Assembly (NCBI GenBank): GCA_002633005.1
Contig: NMRA01000443.1
Span: 118,251-182,250, forward strand
Length of the DNA stretch: 64,000 nt
Origin: Phoronis australis
Taxonomy: Eukaryota; Animalia; Phoronida
Direction: 5' to 3'
Made by a program: the position numbers and the translations under genes. Positions 62,201 to 64,000 of this stretch are shown here, piece after piece; positions within the stretch are counted from its first letter, which is position 1; each line of letters starts with the position of its first letter. The notes below the pieces were generated by a model. It was not told the DNA's origin, searched no databases, and saw nothing but the letters and a program-made list of their open reading frames with translations.

Positions 62201-63998
62201 TACACTGTTATTCAAGATGTGCAATAATTGTGGTGCCACAGACTGTGGTTGATAAGTGACACTGGAGCATCAGTGTCAGGACTGCACCCGGGGACACATG
62301 AAACTGGCCAACTACTTTCGCCTAGAAATCTATGCTTCTGGAATAGAAACAATGAATTCTATCCCATAATTCAACATTCCAACCTCACTGACCAATCACC
62401 ACCATTTTGATGTGCCACTCCCGAACGTGCTTGCATAACACTTGTGTGGTCTTGAATCTACAGAACACACCCCTTAAACTGGGCAACAAATAGTGATTCC
62501 TGTATTTGGACTGCCTCTCCAGTACAGTAAATGTCAAAAGTATTCAGACAAAAGTACCCAGAATTCCTTGTCATGTTGGCTGGACAGAAGGCAGATTCTT
62601 TGTCAGTCAAGCTTTCTGTTATGAGTGAGCGCGAAGAGGAATTCACAGAAAAGTTTAATGGCTAAACCATTCTATTATTAGAATTTTGCAGAATTTTTGT
62701 CTACCTAATAGCTTCAAGATTTACGAGGCAACATTCGCGTCTTTGCGCGCTGTCGTAAGGATTTGCTGGTGGACTGTTGTATGGAGTTCCCTTCAGAGGA
62801 AGAGCTTGTGGTCAGAGTGAGTGGAAGTGTGAAGAGATTTGAGTTTAACAGAGTGTTTGGACCAGACACATCCCAGAAGCAGGTGTGTACTCCGTAGAAT
62901 GGGGTCTTTCTAGTGCTCTACTAGTGCTCTACTAAGTTTGATTTTATTGAAGATTTGGGTAAAGCCATGTTTGAATTAAATTTTGTTTGCTTATATAGAG
63001 TATTTTGACTAATATGTGATGCGTATTTTCGATGATTACTATTTATATTCAAGACCATGCACTGAAACTTTTCACTAATTTGAACTGATAGTATTCAATG
63101 TACTTATTTTCTGTCACACTCCATTTACATCATCCAAGTTAAGGCTCAATTGAACTCTCCATGTTCCTTATAGGTGTTTGAGGATACGCTACCCATAGTG
63201 ACATCTTGTGTTGATGGATATAACGTTTGCATCCTTGCTTATGGACAGACAGGCTCAGGCAAAACACATACCATGATGGGACCGTCCAGTGACCCTGGAG
63301 TTAACATAAGGTCTGTGGAGGGATCACATGAAGAGATTGTATTGTTGTAATTATTCTTGTTATTGTTGTTGTTGTTATTACTAGTACTAATTGAATATCT
63401 TAGATAAGTCTTGTCACGTGACCTGTTAAATACAAGTCACTGTTTGGAACTGAAAACTTGTAGTTTGATTTTTATGTTTGATCAGTGGTCTGGATGTCAC
63501 ATTGGAATAGATCATCTGTATGGACTGTGCTCTACCAGTGGTATGGATATCACATTAGACTAGATTGTCTGCATGGACTGTGTTCTACCTGTGGGCTGAA
63601 TATCACGTTGGACTAGATCATTTGCTCGAACTGTGTTCTACCCCTAGTCTGGATAGTGCAGTGAACTAGATCCTCAGCTCAGACTGCTAAAAGGACCGAA
63701 GTAATCCTGATAGGTACAGAATTCTTTTCAGACTTGCAGTTTTCATGTCACTTGATGTGACTTTTCAGATATAACTGTGTATGGCAAACTAAGTGACATG
63801 GGGTGTTTTTGAAGAAGTTGATTGTGTTTGTTTCACTTCATTCTCAGGGCTATTCAAGAACTGCTGCGCATCACCTCTGAGCGATCACAGGTTGAGTATA
63901 CGCTCAAAGTGTCAATGGTCGAAATATACAACGAAAACGTGATTGACCTTTTGACCCCTGGTGCGTCTGTACTCAATGTGCAGTCAAATGGGAATCAG
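45566..63998 (+). CDS. Kinesin-14 (KIFC3-like, C-terminal motor), multi-exon, continues past the window
   Basis: Phase-consistent GT-AG exons: 45566-45743, 46253-46371, 47205-47306, 48009-48077, 50264-50410, 50635-50748, 56316-56424, 57051-57145, 57331-57402, 57626-57724, 59111-59251, 59941-60063, 60914-61087, 61492-61611, 62712-62882, 63174-63310, 63848-63998 (707 codons, no stops). Neck [30 protein letters not shown]-loop [21 protein letters not shown], and VSMVEIYNE. Confidence 0.9.
48154..48469. mobile_element. Kolobok-type MITE
   Basis: TTAA|AGCTTCATTTCATCCTGCTTA ... TAAGCAGGACAAAATGCAGCT|TTAA, with inner inverted blocks ATTCTATTTCTGTTACCA / TGGTAACAAAAATAGAAT. Confidence 0.7.
48633..50081 (-). 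mobile_element. Kolobok element, diverged sister of 1830-3322, in a kinesin intron
   Basis: TTAA|AGGAGAAGGTAATC ... GGTTGCGTTCTCCT|TTAA, with long TIRs and a colinear decayed THAP/zinc-finger coding region. Confidence 0.85.
53170..53217. repeat. (ACT)n microsatellite
   Basis: Direct reading of the ACTACTACT run. Confidence 0.9.
54113..54310 (+). pseudogene. pogo/Tigger DDE transposase C-terminal remnant
   Basis: [35 protein letters not shown] resembles the pogo motif G.L+.P..V..WV..AW..I...MV..SF..C. Confidence 0.55.
55963..56061. repeat. 16-bp minisatellite (TGTTCTCATGTCTGTC), about 6 copies
   Basis: Direct tandem repeat. Confidence 0.9.
56407..56561 (+). repeat. 45-bp tandem repeat overlapping a kinesin splice donor
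   Basis: Unit TGACTGTTGGGGATCAAAGTAAGTTCTTTTGTATAGGTCACAACC starts at 56407, 56452 and 56497, with a partial unit at 56546. Confidence 0.9.
57779..57950. repeat. 20-bp hairpin-forming minisatellite, about 8.5 copies
   Basis: Unit TGCAACTTGACTAGTTGCCA. Confidence 0.92.
59300..59503 (-). mobile_element. tRNA-derived SINE
   Basis: On the - strand: GGCAGTGTGACCTAGAGG (A-box-like) and GGTTCGAATCTC (B box), followed by a CCCTTGAGTCAGG body. Confidence 0.6.
60086..60456. repeat. 28-bp minisatellite, about 13 copies
   Basis: Unit CCACTGGTGTAGTGTCAATGTTACTGTG with variants, starting just after the exon 59941-60063 donor. Confidence 0.92.
61214..61417. repeat. 24-bp AT-rich minisatellite
   Basis: Unit approximately TCTGTTATTGTTATTAGTATCACA. 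It explains the low-complexity ORFs in four frames. Confidence 0.85.
63485..63675. repeat. Degenerate 53-bp tandem repeat, about 3.5 copies
   Basis: Units GTGG..TGGAT.TCAC.TT.GA.TAGAT..ACTGTG.TCTAC start at 63485, 63538, 63591 and 63644. Confidence 0.7.
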
Positions 63999-64000
63999 GT

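Overview
Eukaryotic, AT-rich, intron- and transposon-rich genomic DNA that looks like a marine invertebrate draft assembly (N gaps, uncollapsed duplicates). Three spliced host genes can be rebuilt from GT-AG junctions with consistent phases. (1) A TMEM26-family membrane protein on the - strand (20971-13748) with a long disordered tail containing three RVxF-type motifs. (2) A divergently transcribed Shaw-like voltage-gated K+ channel subunit on the + strand (26279-33707) that keeps GYG but has lost the S6 PVP hinge. (3) A kinesin-14/KIFC3-like gene on the + strand (45566 to the window end) with an MGSGAS myristoylation start, a duplicated aromatic module and a CUE/UBA-like domain. Mobile DNA includes five TTAA-flanked Kolobok derivatives, a Copia LTR element nested in a MITE, a Penelope GIY-YIG fragment, Helentron-type elements, tRNA-derived SINE heads and several MITE families. 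The most notable object is a decayed Chapaev/N-RAG-TP-like transposon (34189-37809). It encodes a RAG1-N-terminal-like Zn domain and a catalytic EQGGESIH motif, and its ends carry CACAGCT heptamers separated from an identical ACATTTAGTT block by 12 and 22 bp, resembling V(D)J 12/23 recombination signals. No prokaryotic features, rRNA or CRISPR arrays were seen. All family calls come from motif recognition, not database searches.
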